The notes under the pieces: model-generated
What the model was told of the DNA's origin: nothing
Databases searched by the model: none
What the model saw: the letters and a program-made list of their open reading frames with translations, nothing else
Program-made: the position numbers and the translations under genes
NCBI GenBank assembly: GCA_947073765.1
Contig: CAMTMZ010000033.1
Span: 1-31,154 of the forward strand
Length of the DNA stretch: 31,154 nucleotides
Reading direction: 5' to 3'
From: an uncultured Bacillota bacterium
GTDB lineage: Bacteria; Bacillota; Clostridia; Oscillospirales; Oscillospiraceae
Shown: piece after piece, positions 16,567 through 25,505 of the stretch
Layout of the letters: every line of letters starts with the position of its first letter
Position numbering within the stretch: the first letter of the stretch is position 1

Positions 16567-16595
16567 ATATTAGCATCCCGGAGGCCGTGTGTCAA
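16567..16595 (-). promoter_or_regulatory. sigma-A promoter of the T-box/cysE operon
   Basis: On the minus strand: TTGACA, 17 nt, TAATAT. Confidence 0.65.
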
Positions 16596-16617
16596 GGAAA
16601 TTTACGAAAAATCCTTC

Positions 16618-16818
16618 TCATTCCTGCTTTCGGTTCAGCTCCTGACAGAGCTCCAGCCACCGCTGCCGCAGCTGTTGGGCCAGGTTCCCGTTGTCCAGGA
16701 CCAGCAGCGGGCCGATCTCCCCCACTGTCTCCGGGCGGAGCAGGCCCAGGGCGTCATAGTGACGCAGCATCCGGGGGGTGACCCGGCTCAGCCGGGAAAA
16801 ATCACCGATGGTCAGCAT
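16618..16818 (-). CDS. MerR-family HTH protein, truncated (66 aa, no effector domain)
   Basis: MLTIGDFSRLSRVTPRMLRHYDALGLLRP is a canonical MerR N-terminal HTH. The ORF stops soon after, only about 20 nt before the cysE promoter. AGGAGG RBS. Confidence 0.55.
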   Translation of the reverse strand: MLTIGDFSRLSRVTPRMLRHYDALGLLRPETVGEIGPLLVLDNGNLAQQLRQRWLELCQELNRKQE

Positions 16819-16872
16819 GGCATTCCTCCTGAAATTGTTGTAGGAACCGGTTCCAAAACACAGGATAAACCC

Positions 16873-17415
16873 TTACACAGTGGGAATGTCAAGCTCTTTT
16901 CCTAAAATTATTTCCGGGGGCCGGCTGTGTCCGCACACCGCCGCCGCCCAGCCCGGACCAGTCCAGGTCCGGAACCACAGTCCGTCCAGCCGGACAGCCC
17001 CCTCCCCCGGGAGGGGAATCCGGATATTCCGTATGGAGGAGGTCAGCCCCCGGCCGCTCTCCTTGGCCCGGGCCTCTTTCAGGGCCCAGAGGAGGGTGAA
17101 GGCCGGCCAGAGCTCTGGCTGCTTCTCCAGCCACTCCAGCTCCGCCGGGGAGCACACCCGCCCCGGCAGGGCGGGCCGCCACTGCTTCACAATCTGGATG
17201 TCCGCTCCCACCGGCTCCCTGTCCAGGGCGCACAGGACCAGGTCCCCGCTGTGGGACAAGTTGAAGTGGAGCTCCTCATGCTCCGGAAAGAATGGCTTGC
17301 CCCCCGCCCGCCGCCCAACCTCCGGCAGGGGAGACAGCCCCCAGGTCTCTTGAACCGCCAGGGCCAGAAGCTCCCGGGCCTGGGCTGCCGGGCCGGCGGC
17401 GCTGTAAATGATCAA
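16873..17415 (-). CDS. 4'-phosphopantetheinyl transferase, Sfp type
   Basis: 180 aa. Motifs seen: GGKPFFPEHEELHFNLSHSGDLVLCAL, PVGADIQ and WALKEARAKESGRGL. TTG start with an AGGGGGGAG RBS. Confidence 0.8.
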   Translation of the reverse strand: MIIYSAAGPAAQARELLALAVQETWGLSPLPEVGRRAGGKPFFPEHEELHFNLSHSGDLVLCALDREPVGADIQIVKQWRPALPGRVCSPAELEWLEKQPELWPAFTLLWALKEARAKESGRGLTSSIRNIRIPLPGEGAVRLDGLWFRTWTGPGWAAAVCGHSRPPEIILGKELDIPTV

Positions 17416-17485
17416 AACCGCTCCCCCCTTCCTGCTGATTGTAGCAAAAAAAGAGGGGGAACGGAACAGGTTAGACGATAAAATT

Positions 17486-18010
17486 TCAGCAGGGTATGGG
17501 CAGCCAGGAGCCTACGGCGGCCAGATCCCGAAAGAGCAGAGCCTGCGGGGGGTAGAGGGTGAACCAGCCAATGAGGAGGGCCAGCCCGATGGCGGCTAAA
17601 ACAGGCAGGACCCATTTGATCCCCTGGAAGGGCCCTGAGAAGCGGGTGGACAGCCAGAAGCCCAGAGTCATGACCATGATGTAGACGGCAATATCCACCC
17701 ACAGGGCCTCGCCCCCCAGCATGACATGGTATGCCCAACCCAGCCCCAGCGTAAGGACGCACAGCAGGGGCAGGACCAGCAGCCAGGGCCGCACGCCGCC
17801 CGGACGCTCCCGGTTGAGGAGAAGAGCCGCCCCCAGGAAGGGCCAGAACACCAGCTTGACGTGTTCCCACAGGCTCTCGTTCACTGGTGAAAACAGGGCA
17901 GTGACCGCATTGGGCCACCACTGATACAAAAAATGGAGGACACAGCCCGCCAGCATGGCGGCCAGCCAGGTTACAATCAGCTGTCGTTTGGGATAGATCA
18001 ACGCTCTCAC
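17486..18010 (-). CDS. DUF6512-like integral membrane protein
   Basis: 174 aa with about 5 TM helices and the motif SPVNESLWEHVKLVFWP. The start is uncertain: GTG at 18010, or the in-frame TTG at 18001, which has better spacing from AAGGAG. Confidence 0.6.
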   Translation of the reverse strand: MRALIYPKRQLIVTWLAAMLAGCVLHFLYQWWPNAVTALFSPVNESLWEHVKLVFWPFLGAALLLNRERPGGVRPWLLVLPLLCVLTLGLGWAYHVMLGGEALWVDIAVYIMVMTLGFWLSTRFSGPFQGIKWVLPVLAAIGLALLIGWFTLYPPQALLFRDLAAVGSWLPIPC

Positions 18011-18114
18011 TCCTTCCGATACAACTTATGCGCAAGCCAGGCTTTTCATACGGCCGCGCATAATTTTTTCCGGCGGAGGAAAACCTATACGAAACATGCA
18101 AAGGAGCGATGCAA

Positions 18115-18552
18115 ATGACCAATCAGGACTACGGAAAACTGGTCAACGAGAAGTCAAAGCCCTCCCCCATGGGAAAAAATATTGTGTGGGCCTTCTTGGT
18201 GGGAGGTGCGATCTGTACCGCTGGACAGGGGCTGCTGAACCTGTATCAGAACTACGGCCTGGACAAGGAGAAGGCTGGAACGGCGGTATCCGTCACCCTG
18301 ATTTTCGCCGCCGCCCTGCTCACCGGACTGGGTGTGTTCGACAAGCTGGCCAAACGGGCTGGGGCGGGCACCCTGGTGCCCATCACCGGCTTTGCCAACG
18401 CTATGGTGTCCCCCGCCCTGGAATTTAAGAGCGAGGGACTGATTACCGGCACGGCGGCCAAGCTGTTCACCGTAGCGGGGCCGGTACTGGTGTTCGGCAT
18501 CAGCGCCAGCGTGATCTATGGGCTGATTTTGTGCCTGCTAAAGGCATTTTAG
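18115..18552 (+). CDS. spoVAC: stage V sporulation protein AC
   Basis: MTNQDYGKLV...NIVWAFLVGGAICTAGQ...GAGTLVPITGFANAMVSPALEFKSEG is typical of SpoVAC. I chose the ATG at 18115, 8 nt after AGGAG. The track starts at 18109. Confidence 0.9.
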   Translation: MTNQDYGKLVNEKSKPSPMGKNIVWAFLVGGAICTAGQGLLNLYQNYGLDKEKAGTAVSVTLIFAAALLTGLGVFDKLAKRAGAGTLVPITGFANAMVSPALEFKSEGLITGTAAKLFTVAGPVLVFGISASVIYGLILCLLKAF

Positions 18553-18649
18553 CGGCTTATCCAGGCAAGGAAGGGCGGCGGCCATTCTGCGGCCGCCACT
18601 GTGGCCGCCCAGCCCGGCGCAGCAGAATTAACAGCGTTAAATATAGTGG

Positions 18650-18676
18650 AAAGGGGCGGCCTCTGGCCGCCCCTTT
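18650..18676. terminator. bidirectional terminator shared by spoVAC and glgX
   Basis: AAAGGGGCGGCC-tct-GGCCGCCCCTTT, immediately after the glgX stop codon (18680-18682). Confidence 0.7.
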
Positions 18677-18679
18677 CCC

Positions 18680-20791
18680 TTATTTCGCTACAAATACCGC
18701 TACACTCCGTCCCTTCACAGCGGCTTGTACGCCGCTGACAGGAGTTTCGGACTGCTCCGCCGTCCAGGTGTCCACCTCCCTGACCCAGTACATGGAGGCG
18801 GGCAGCTGGGGCAGGGTGACGGTCAGATCCTCCCACCAGGCGTTGGAGGCCACATATACCACCTGGGGCCCGGTGTCCCGCTCCCAGCCGGAGAACATGA
18901 CGCCCACATAGCGGTCGTGGCCGTCGAAGGGGCGGTCCCGCCATGGCTCCACCCCGTGAAAACTGACGTCGGGGAAACCGCAGGCTCCGTCGCCTGTCTG
19001 GGCCCGAAGAACCCGGTGGGCCTTGCGGAAACGGATCATAAACTGAAAGAAGGAAAACATATCCTGGTTTTTTTCCAGGCGGCTCCAGTCCAGCCAGGAG
19101 ATGATGTTGTCCTGACAGTAGGCGTTGTTGTTGCCAAATTGGGTGTTGGCAAACTCGTCCCCGGCCAGGAACATGGGGGTGCCCCGGGAGCACATGAGCA
19201 GGGCAAAGGCGTTGCGGCACATCCGCCGGCGCAGGTCGTCGATCTCGGGGCTGTCTGTATCCCCCTCCACACCGCAGTTCCAGCTGTTGTTGTCGTTGGC
19301 GCCGTCGGTATTGTTCCAGCCGTTGGCCAGGTTGTGTTTGTCGTTATAGCTGTACAGATCCCACAGGGTGAAGCCGTCATGGCAGGTAATAAAGTTTACC
19401 GAGGCGTTCGCACGGCCCTGGCTGGCATACATATCCCGGGAGCCGGCGATGCGCTGGGCGGCCCACTGGGCGCAGCCCTCGTCCCCCTTCAGATAGCGGC
19501 GCACATCGTCCCGGTAGCGGCCGTTCCACTCCGCCCACCGGTTCCAGGAGGGGAAGGTCCCCACCTGATACAGCCCTCCGGCGTCCCAGGCCTCGGCGAT
19601 GAGCTTCACATCTCCCAGAATGGGGTCGAAGGCCAGGGCCTGGAGCAGGGGGGGCGCCCCCATGGGGGAGCCGTCCTCACTGCGGCCCAGGATGGAGGCC
19701 AGGTCGAACCGGAAACCGTCCACCCGGTATGTGGTCACCCAGTAGCGCAGGCAGTCCAGGATCATCTGCCGGACAATGGGATGGTTGCAGTTCATGGTAT
19801 TGCCGCAGCCGGAGAAGTTGTAGTAGTGGCCGTCGGGTGTGAGCAGATAGTAGATGTTGTTGTCAAAGCCCTTGAAGGAGAAGAAGGGCCCTTTTTCGTT
19901 GCCCTCAGCGGTGTGGTTGAACACCACGTCCAGATAGACCTCCATCCCCCGCTGGTTGCAGGCCTGAATCAGCTTTTTCAGCTCATTGCCCTCCCGGTTG
20001 TACTCGGTGGAGGCAGTGTAGCTGGTGTTGGGGGCAAAAAAGCTGACGGTGCTGTAACCCCAGTAGTTGTACAGCACCTGGCCGTCCACCTCCCGGTAGT
20101 CCTGCATCTCATCGAACTCGAAGATGGGCATCAGCTCAATGGCGTTGACCCCCAGCTGCTGTAAATAGTCCAGCTTTTCCATAATGCCGGCAAAGGTCCC
20201 CGGGTGGGCCACCCCGGAGGATGGGTCCATGGTAAAGCCCCGGACATGGAGCTCGTAGATTATCAGGTCCTCCATAGGGATGAGCGGCTGGGCCATGTCG
20301 GCCCAGTCAAAGTCGTCCTTGACCACCCGGGCCTTGTAGTGCTGGCCAAAGGGGGTCTTGGACCCCCACTGGCTCTGGCCGGTGACCGCCTTGGCGTAAG
20401 GGTCCAGGAGATATTTGCTCCTGTCGAAAACGAGGCCCTTCTTGGGATCGTAGGGGCCGTCTACCCGGTAGGCGTACTCAAATTCCTCGATGTTCAGCTT
20501 GAACACGATCATGGAGTACACATTGCCGATGCGGTAGTGCTCCGGAAAGGGGAGCACCGCGAAGGGCTCGTTCTGCTCCCGCTGGAACAGGAGCAGCTCA
20601 ATAGCGGTGGCCCCGTGGGAATGGACGGTGAAGTTGACACCGCCGGGGATAGCGGTGGCGCCGTTGCTGTCGTAAAAGCCGGGCCGGACGTCAAAGCCGG
20701 CGATGCGGTCCAGGGGAACCAGATGTATGGTGCGGGGCAGCGCCGCCTGTACGGCGCCTGCCGGGGACAACGGACTGGGGGTGTTGGACAT
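18680..20791 (-). CDS. glgX: glycogen debranching enzyme / isoamylase (GH13, GlgX-type)
   Basis: 703 aa. It has an N-terminal CBM48-like region (GVNFTVHSHGATAIELLLF) and GH13 motifs DVVFNHT, GFRFDLA, EAWD and FITCHDG. AAGGAGG RBS. Confidence 0.9.
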   Translation of the reverse strand: MSNTPSPLSPAGAVQAALPRTIHLVPLDRIAGFDVRPGFYDSNGATAIPGGVNFTVHSHGATAIELLLFQREQNEPFAVLPFPEHYRIGNVYSMIVFKLNIEEFEYAYRVDGPYDPKKGLVFDRSKYLLDPYAKAVTGQSQWGSKTPFGQHYKARVVKDDFDWADMAQPLIPMEDLIIYELHVRGFTMDPSSGVAHPGTFAGIMEKLDYLQQLGVNAIELMPIFEFDEMQDYREVDGQVLYNYWGYSTVSFFAPNTSYTASTEYNREGNELKKLIQACNQRGMEVYLDVVFNHTAEGNEKGPFFSFKGFDNNIYYLLTPDGHYYNFSGCGNTMNCNHPIVRQMILDCLRYWVTTYRVDGFRFDLASILGRSEDGSPMGAPPLLQALAFDPILGDVKLIAEAWDAGGLYQVGTFPSWNRWAEWNGRYRDDVRRYLKGDEGCAQWAAQRIAGSRDMYASQGRANASVNFITCHDGFTLWDLYSYNDKHNLANGWNNTDGANDNNSWNCGVEGDTDSPEIDDLRRRMCRNAFALLMCSRGTPMFLAGDEFANTQFGNNNAYCQDNIISWLDWSRLEKNQDMFSFFQFMIRFRKAHRVLRAQTGDGACGFPDVSFHGVEPWRDRPFDGHDRYVGVMFSGWERDTGPQVVYVASNAWWEDLTVTLPQLPASMYWVREVDTWTAEQSETPVSGVQAAVKGRSVAVFVAK

Positions 20792-20835
20792 GGTTGAATC
20801 CTCCTTGTGCCATTTGTGTTTACCTCGCTGTGTCT

Positions 20836-20863
20836 ATTATACGCCTTTTTGAGAATTTGTCAT
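20836..20863 (-). promoter_or_regulatory. candidate glgX promoter
   Basis: On the minus strand: ATGACA, 16 nt, TATAAT. Confidence 0.45.
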
Positions 20864-20897
20864 GGGTTTCTTTGGGAAAGCTTCTCCGCTTTCCCCA

Positions 20898-20926
20898 TTG
20901 ACACCCCATTTTTCCCGGTCTATAAT
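20898..20926 (+). promoter_or_regulatory. consensus sigma-A promoter of the serC operon
   Basis: TTGACA, 17 nt, TATAAT, about 62 nt upstream of the serC ATG. Confidence 0.7.
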
Positions 20927-20988
20927 GGTAAGCTGTATCCGCCTTTGGCCGTGATATGTATTTTCAACGATAGAAAGGGGCTCTTCCC

Positions 20989-22074
20989 ATGAGCAATTTC
21001 CGCGTTTACAATTTCGCCGCCGGCCCCTCCGTGCTTCCGCTGTCTGTGCTGGAGCGCGCCGGGTCAGAGATCAGCAGCTACCGTGGCTGCGGCATGTCTG
21101 TGATGGAGATGAGCCACCGCTCAAAGATGTTTATGGATATTTTTCAGCGGACACAGGACAAGCTGCGCCGGCTGATGAACATCCCTCAGAATTATCACAT
21201 CCTCTTCCTCCAGACCGGGGCCTCCGGCCAGTTCTCCATGATCCCCCTGAACCTGATCGGCGGCACCGGCAGGGCCTGCTACGCCGTTACCGGCAACTTC
21301 TCCGGTCTGGCCGCTCAGGAGGCCAAAAAGTACGGTGAGGTCTCCCTGGCCTGCGACACCGGCGACCGCGGCCACTGCTATATCCCCCGGCAGGATGGTC
21401 TGCGTGTCGATCCCCAGGCCGATTACTTCTACTACTGCGCCAACAACACCATCTACGGCACCGAGTGGGACTACATTCCCGACGCCGGCGGCCTGCCCCT
21501 GGTGTGCGATATGTCCTCCAATATCCTGTCTGTACCGGTGGATGTGTCCAAATTCGGCGTCATCTACGCCGGGGCCCAGAAAAATATGGCCCCCGCCGGG
21601 CTGACGGTGGTCATCATCAAAGACGGCCTCCAGGGCCATGAACTGCCCTGCACCCCCCTGATGATGAGCTACAAGACCATGATCGACAAGGGCTCCATGT
21701 ACAACACCCCCCCCTGCTGGTGCATCTATATGCTGGGCCTCACCCTGGACTGGGTGGAGGAAAACGGCGGCCTGGAGGGAATGGAGAAGCTGAAGAGACT
21801 GCGGGCCGGCATGCTCTACGACACTCTGGAGTCCTCCCGCCTGTTCCAGCTCCACGCCGACAGGGACTCCCGCTCGGGGATGAACGTCACCTTCCGCACC
21901 GGCAGTGAGGATCTGGACGGCAAATTTGTCCAGGAGGCCGCCGCGGCCGGATTTGTTAACCTGAAGGGTCACCGACTCACCGGCGGTATGCGGGCCTCCA
22001 TCTACAACGCCATGCCTGTGGAGGGTGTGGAGAAGCTGTGTGACTTTATCCGGGCCTTTGACAAAAACAACTGA
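20989..22074 (+). CDS. serC: 3-phosphoserine aminotransferase
   Basis: 361 aa. N-terminus YNFAAGPSVLP. Class V aminotransferase layout with GAQKN (PLP lysine region) and ASIYNAMP. Confidence 0.95.
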   Translation: MSNFRVYNFAAGPSVLPLSVLERAGSEISSYRGCGMSVMEMSHRSKMFMDIFQRTQDKLRRLMNIPQNYHILFLQTGASGQFSMIPLNLIGGTGRACYAVTGNFSGLAAQEAKKYGEVSLACDTGDRGHCYIPRQDGLRVDPQADYFYYCANNTIYGTEWDYIPDAGGLPLVCDMSSNILSVPVDVSKFGVIYAGAQKNMAPAGLTVVIIKDGLQGHELPCTPLMMSYKTMIDKGSMYNTPPCWCIYMLGLTLDWVEENGGLEGMEKLKRLRAGMLYDTLESSRLFQLHADRDSRSGMNVTFRTGSEDLDGKFVQEAAAAGFVNLKGHRLTGGMRASIYNAMPVEGVEKLCDFIRAFDKNN

Positions 22075-22092
22075 AGAAAGAAGCTGATTCCC

Positions 22093-22599
22093 ATGTCCCC
22101 CAAGGATCAACCGCGCCGGCTGGTTATCACCGCCCTGTTTGCCGGGGCCATCACCATGATGACCGCCTACATGCTCCATATCCCCATTCCCACCGGGGGA
22201 TATATCCACCTGGGGGACGCGCTGATCTACCTGGCCGCCTGCCTGCTGCCCACCCCCTACGCAGCGGCCGCGGCCGCCATCGGAGCAGGGCTGGCCGATC
22301 TGCTCACCGCCCCTGTGTGGGTGATCCCCACGCTGGCCATCAAGTCCCTCCTGGTGCTGTTCTTCACCAGCAGGACGCAGCGCATTCTCTGCCGGCGGAA
22401 CATCGCCGCGGCAGTGCTGGCGGGGCTCTTCTCCCCCGCCGCCTACGCTCTGGCCGGCTGCGCCATGGCCGGGACAACTGCCGCCTTTGTTCCCCAGTTT
22501 CTTGGCACACTTGTCCAGGGCTTCGGCAGCGGGGCGCTGTTTCTTGCGACCGCTTCCGCTCTGGACGGGGTGAAGCTCAAAGAGCGGGCAGGCGCATAA
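22093..22599 (+). CDS. small polytopic membrane protein resembling an ECF-transporter S component
   Basis: 168 aa with about 5-6 TM helices. The motif IPIPTGGYIHLGDALIYLAA recalls S-component/TIGR04002-type proteins. It sits between serC and serA with 18-nt and 47-nt gaps. Confidence 0.55.
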   Translation: MSPKDQPRRLVITALFAGAITMMTAYMLHIPIPTGGYIHLGDALIYLAACLLPTPYAAAAAAIGAGLADLLTAPVWVIPTLAIKSLLVLFFTSRTQRILCRRNIAAAVLAGLFSPAAYALAGCAMAGTTAAFVPQFLGTLVQGFGSGALFLATASALDGVKLKERAGA

Positions 22600-22646
22600 G
22601 CTCCCTCTCCGAGAGCAATTTACTATATTGATTCGAGGTAATCCAC

Positions 22647-23819
22647 ATGTACCGTATCAAAACACTGAACAAAATTTCCTCTGTGGGCCTGTCCAAGCTG
22701 GACACGGACCGTTTTCAGACAGGAAGCGATGTAGAAAATGAGGACGGCATCCTGGTCCGCTCCGCGCCCATGCACGACTACCCCTTTCCAGACTCCCTCC
22801 GGGCCATTGCCAGGGCTGGGGCCGGCACCAACAACATCCCCATTGACCGCTGCTCAGAAAACGGCATCGTGGTGTTCAACACCCCTGGCGCCAACGCCAA
22901 CGCCGTGAAGGAGCTGGTCATCGCCGCCATGCTCATTGCCTCCCGGGACGTGCTGGGCGGGGCCGACTGGGTGCAGGAGCAGGCCCACACCCCAAAGGTG
23001 GACGTAGCCGCCGCCGTGGAGAAAGGCAAGTCCGCTTTCGCCGGACCGGAGCTGTATAAAAAGACCCTGGGCGTCATTGGCCTGGGGGCCATCGGGGCCT
23101 TGGTGTGCAACATTGCCCTGGACCTGGGAATGGACGTGTACGGCTATGACCCCTTTCTGTCAGTGGACGCCGCCCTGCGCCTGGACCGCCACGTCCATGT
23201 GGTAAAGGAGGTGGATGAGCTGTATAAGGTATCCGACTACATCACCATCCACATTCCCTACACCGGCGCCACCAAAGACTTTATCAACGCTGAGGCCATC
23301 AATAAAATGAAGGGCCAGGTAAGGGTGCTCAACCTGGCCCGGGGCGGGCTGGTCAACGACGATGACATGGCCGCCGCCCTGGAAACCGGCCGGGTGGCCA
23401 AGTATGTAACCGACTTCCCCGATGAAAAAATCACTACGGTAAAAAATGTGATCGCTCTGCCCCACCTGGGGGCCTCCACCCCGGAGAGCGAGGAGAACTG
23501 CGCCGTGATGGCCGCCCGGCAGCTCCGGGACTATCTGCTCAACGGCAATATTACAAACTCCGTCAACCTGCCCAACGTGGTCCAGGAGTGGAGCGGCATC
23601 GCCCGCATCTGCCTGATCCACAAAAACGTGCCCGGCATGCTCACCCAGATCATGGGCACCCTGTCCGACGACCATATCAATGTGGAAAATCTGACCAACA
23701 AGTCTAAAAAGGACTACGCCTACACCATGGTGGACGTGAACACCCGGCTCACGGAAGAGGCGGTGGAGGAGCTGCGGGCCATCCCCAATATGATTCGGGT
23801 AAGAGTGCTGAACCACTGA
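22647..23819 (+). CDS. serA: D-3-phosphoglycerate dehydrogenase (with C-terminal ACT-like domain)
   Basis: 390 aa. Motifs seen: RAGAGTNNIP, NTPGANANAVKE, GVIGLGAIG (NAD site) and LPHLGAST. The C-terminal regulatory domain includes ICLIHKNVPGML. Confidence 0.9.
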   Translation: MYRIKTLNKISSVGLSKLDTDRFQTGSDVENEDGILVRSAPMHDYPFPDSLRAIARAGAGTNNIPIDRCSENGIVVFNTPGANANAVKELVIAAMLIASRDVLGGADWVQEQAHTPKVDVAAAVEKGKSAFAGPELYKKTLGVIGLGAIGALVCNIALDLGMDVYGYDPFLSVDAALRLDRHVHVVKEVDELYKVSDYITIHIPYTGATKDFINAEAINKMKGQVRVLNLARGGLVNDDDMAAALETGRVAKYVTDFPDEKITTVKNVIALPHLGASTPESEENCAVMAARQLRDYLLNGNITNSVNLPNVVQEWSGIARICLIHKNVPGMLTQIMGTLSDDHINVENLTNKSKKDYAYTMVDVNTRLTEEAVEELRAIPNMIRVRVLNH

Positions 23820-23831
23820 AGGAGCTGTGAC

Positions 23832-24590
23832 ATGGTATTTATTTCCTGGAATGTAAACGGCCTGCGGGCCTGTATGAAAAAGGGGTTTGCAGACTTCTAT
23901 CAGGAACACAGGCCCGACTTCCTCTGCCTCCAGGAGACCAAGATGGAGCAGGGACAGGCCGACATTCCCCTGGGGGAAGGGATTTTGGAGTTCTGGAACT
24001 CCGCCGACAAAAAGGGGTACTCCGGCACCGCTGTTTTTACCCCCCACACCCCCATCGCCGCCGCCTTGGGCATGGACGTTGACTCACATGACCACGAGGG
24101 CCGGCTCATAACCCTGGAGTATGAGAGCTTCTATTTGGTATGCTGCTACACCCCCAATGCCCAGGACGGACTGAAGCGGCTGGACTATCGCATGGATTGG
24201 GAGGACTGTCTGCGGGAGTATCTCATATCCCTGGACAAAACCAAGCCCGTCATCTACTGCGGCGACCTTAACGTGGCCCACCAGGAGATTGACCTGAAAA
24301 ACCCCAGGACCAACCGGGGCAACGCCGGCTTTTCCGACCAGGAGCGGGAGAAAATGACCGACCTCCTCTCCTCGGGTTTTACCGATACCTTCCGCCACCT
24401 CTACCCCGACCGGGAAGGGGCCTACTCCTGGTGGTCCTACCGCTTTAACGCCCGGAAAAACAACGCCGGGTGGCGCATTGACTACTTTATCGTCTCCGAC
24501 CGTTTGAAGGACAGGATTGTCCGGGCGGAAATTCTGGCGGACACTGAAGGCAGCGACCACTGTCCGGTGCTGCTGGAATTGGATATTTGA
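23832..24590 (+). CDS. xth: exodeoxyribonuclease III
   Basis: 252 aa. Motifs seen: SWNVNGLRA, CLQETK, GDLNVAH, WWSYR and SDHCPV. Confidence 0.9.
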   Translation: MVFISWNVNGLRACMKKGFADFYQEHRPDFLCLQETKMEQGQADIPLGEGILEFWNSADKKGYSGTAVFTPHTPIAAALGMDVDSHDHEGRLITLEYESFYLVCCYTPNAQDGLKRLDYRMDWEDCLREYLISLDKTKPVIYCGDLNVAHQEIDLKNPRTNRGNAGFSDQEREKMTDLLSSGFTDTFRHLYPDREGAYSWWSYRFNARKNNAGWRIDYFIVSDRLKDRIVRAEILADTEGSDHCPVLLELDI

Positions 24591-24608
24591 CAGAAAGAAG
24601 AGATCATC

Positions 24609-25475
24609 ATGAAACTGCGCGACCTGTTCGGCAAAGGGAAAACCGTGTTCTCCTGTGAGGTATTCCCGCCCAAGAAAAGCGACCCGGTAGACAGCATTTA
24701 CCAGACTCTGGACGGCCTGCAGGACATCCGGCCCGATTTTATCAGCGTCACCTTTGGGGCGGGAGGCTCCAATGTCAACCAGAGCACCCGGGAGATTGCC
24801 GCCCTGATTGAGAACCGCTATCACATCCCCGCGATGGCCCACCTCACCTGTGTGGCCGCCGGGCGGGAGGATGTGGACCGGCTGCTGGATGGGCTGAAAG
24901 CGGACGGAGTGGAAAATGTACTGGCCCTGCGGGGAGATGTGAGCCCGGATTATCCACCAAAAACCGACTTTAAGCATGCCGGCGATCTGGTAGCCTACAT
25001 CCGGGAGCGGGGGGACTTTGGCGTGTCCGCCGCCTGCTACCCCGAAGGACATCTGGAGAGCCCCGACCTGGTGAGCGATATCCGCCACCTGAAAGAAAAA
25101 GTAGACGCCGGCGCCCAGCATCTGGTCAGCCAGCTGTTCTTCGACAACGAGGACTTTTTCCGCTTTCTGGAGCGGGCCCGCATCGCCGGGATCAGCGTGC
25201 CCATTGAGGCGGGCATTATGCCGGTGCTGTCGGAGCGCTCCATCCAGCGGATGGTCTCCATGTGCGGGGCAAGCCTGCCCAGCAAGCTCACCCGCATCCT
25301 GGCCCGGTATGGCGACCATCCGGACGCTTTGCGGGAGGCGGGCATCGCCTATGCCATTGACCAGATCTCCGATCTAATCGCCGGGGGTGTGGAGGGCATC
25401 CATCTATACACCATGAATAATCCGGATGTGGCCCGGCAGATTGCCGGGAGCATCTCCTCTATCCGAACGATATAA
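24609..25475 (+). CDS. metF: methylenetetrahydrofolate reductase
   Basis: 288 aa. Motifs seen: SCEVFPPK, ISVTFGAGGS, HLTC, ALRGD and YPEGH. Confidence 0.9.
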   Translation: MKLRDLFGKGKTVFSCEVFPPKKSDPVDSIYQTLDGLQDIRPDFISVTFGAGGSNVNQSTREIAALIENRYHIPAMAHLTCVAAGREDVDRLLDGLKADGVENVLALRGDVSPDYPPKTDFKHAGDLVAYIRERGDFGVSAACYPEGHLESPDLVSDIRHLKEKVDAGAQHLVSQLFFDNEDFFRFLERARIAGISVPIEAGIMPVLSERSIQRMVSMCGASLPSKLTRILARYGDHPDALREAGIAYAIDQISDLIAGGVEGIHLYTMNNPDVARQIAGSISSIRTI

Positions 25476-25482
25476 TTTCTGT

Positions 25483-25505
25483 GGGGCTGTCTGCCGGACA
25501 GCCCC
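25483..25505 (+). terminator. probable terminator after metF
   Basis: GGGGCTGTC-tgccg-GACAGCCCC, a 9-bp stem. The T tract is weak (ATTCACGATTTCTTC). Confidence 0.5.

Noticed and set aside
17412-18122. 236-aa minus-strand ORF overlapping the DUF6512 gene in another frame.
   Set aside because: The translation is Ala/Gly/Arg/Pro-rich with no motif. The alternative frame gives a coherent multi-TM protein with a conserved NESLWEH motif.
18570-18645. Cluster of GGCCGCC/GGCGGCC repeats after spoVAC, considered as a REP-like or mobile element.
   Set aside because: These are short GC-rich stems that can be explained as part of the convergent terminator region. There are no flanking direct repeats or other copies in the window.
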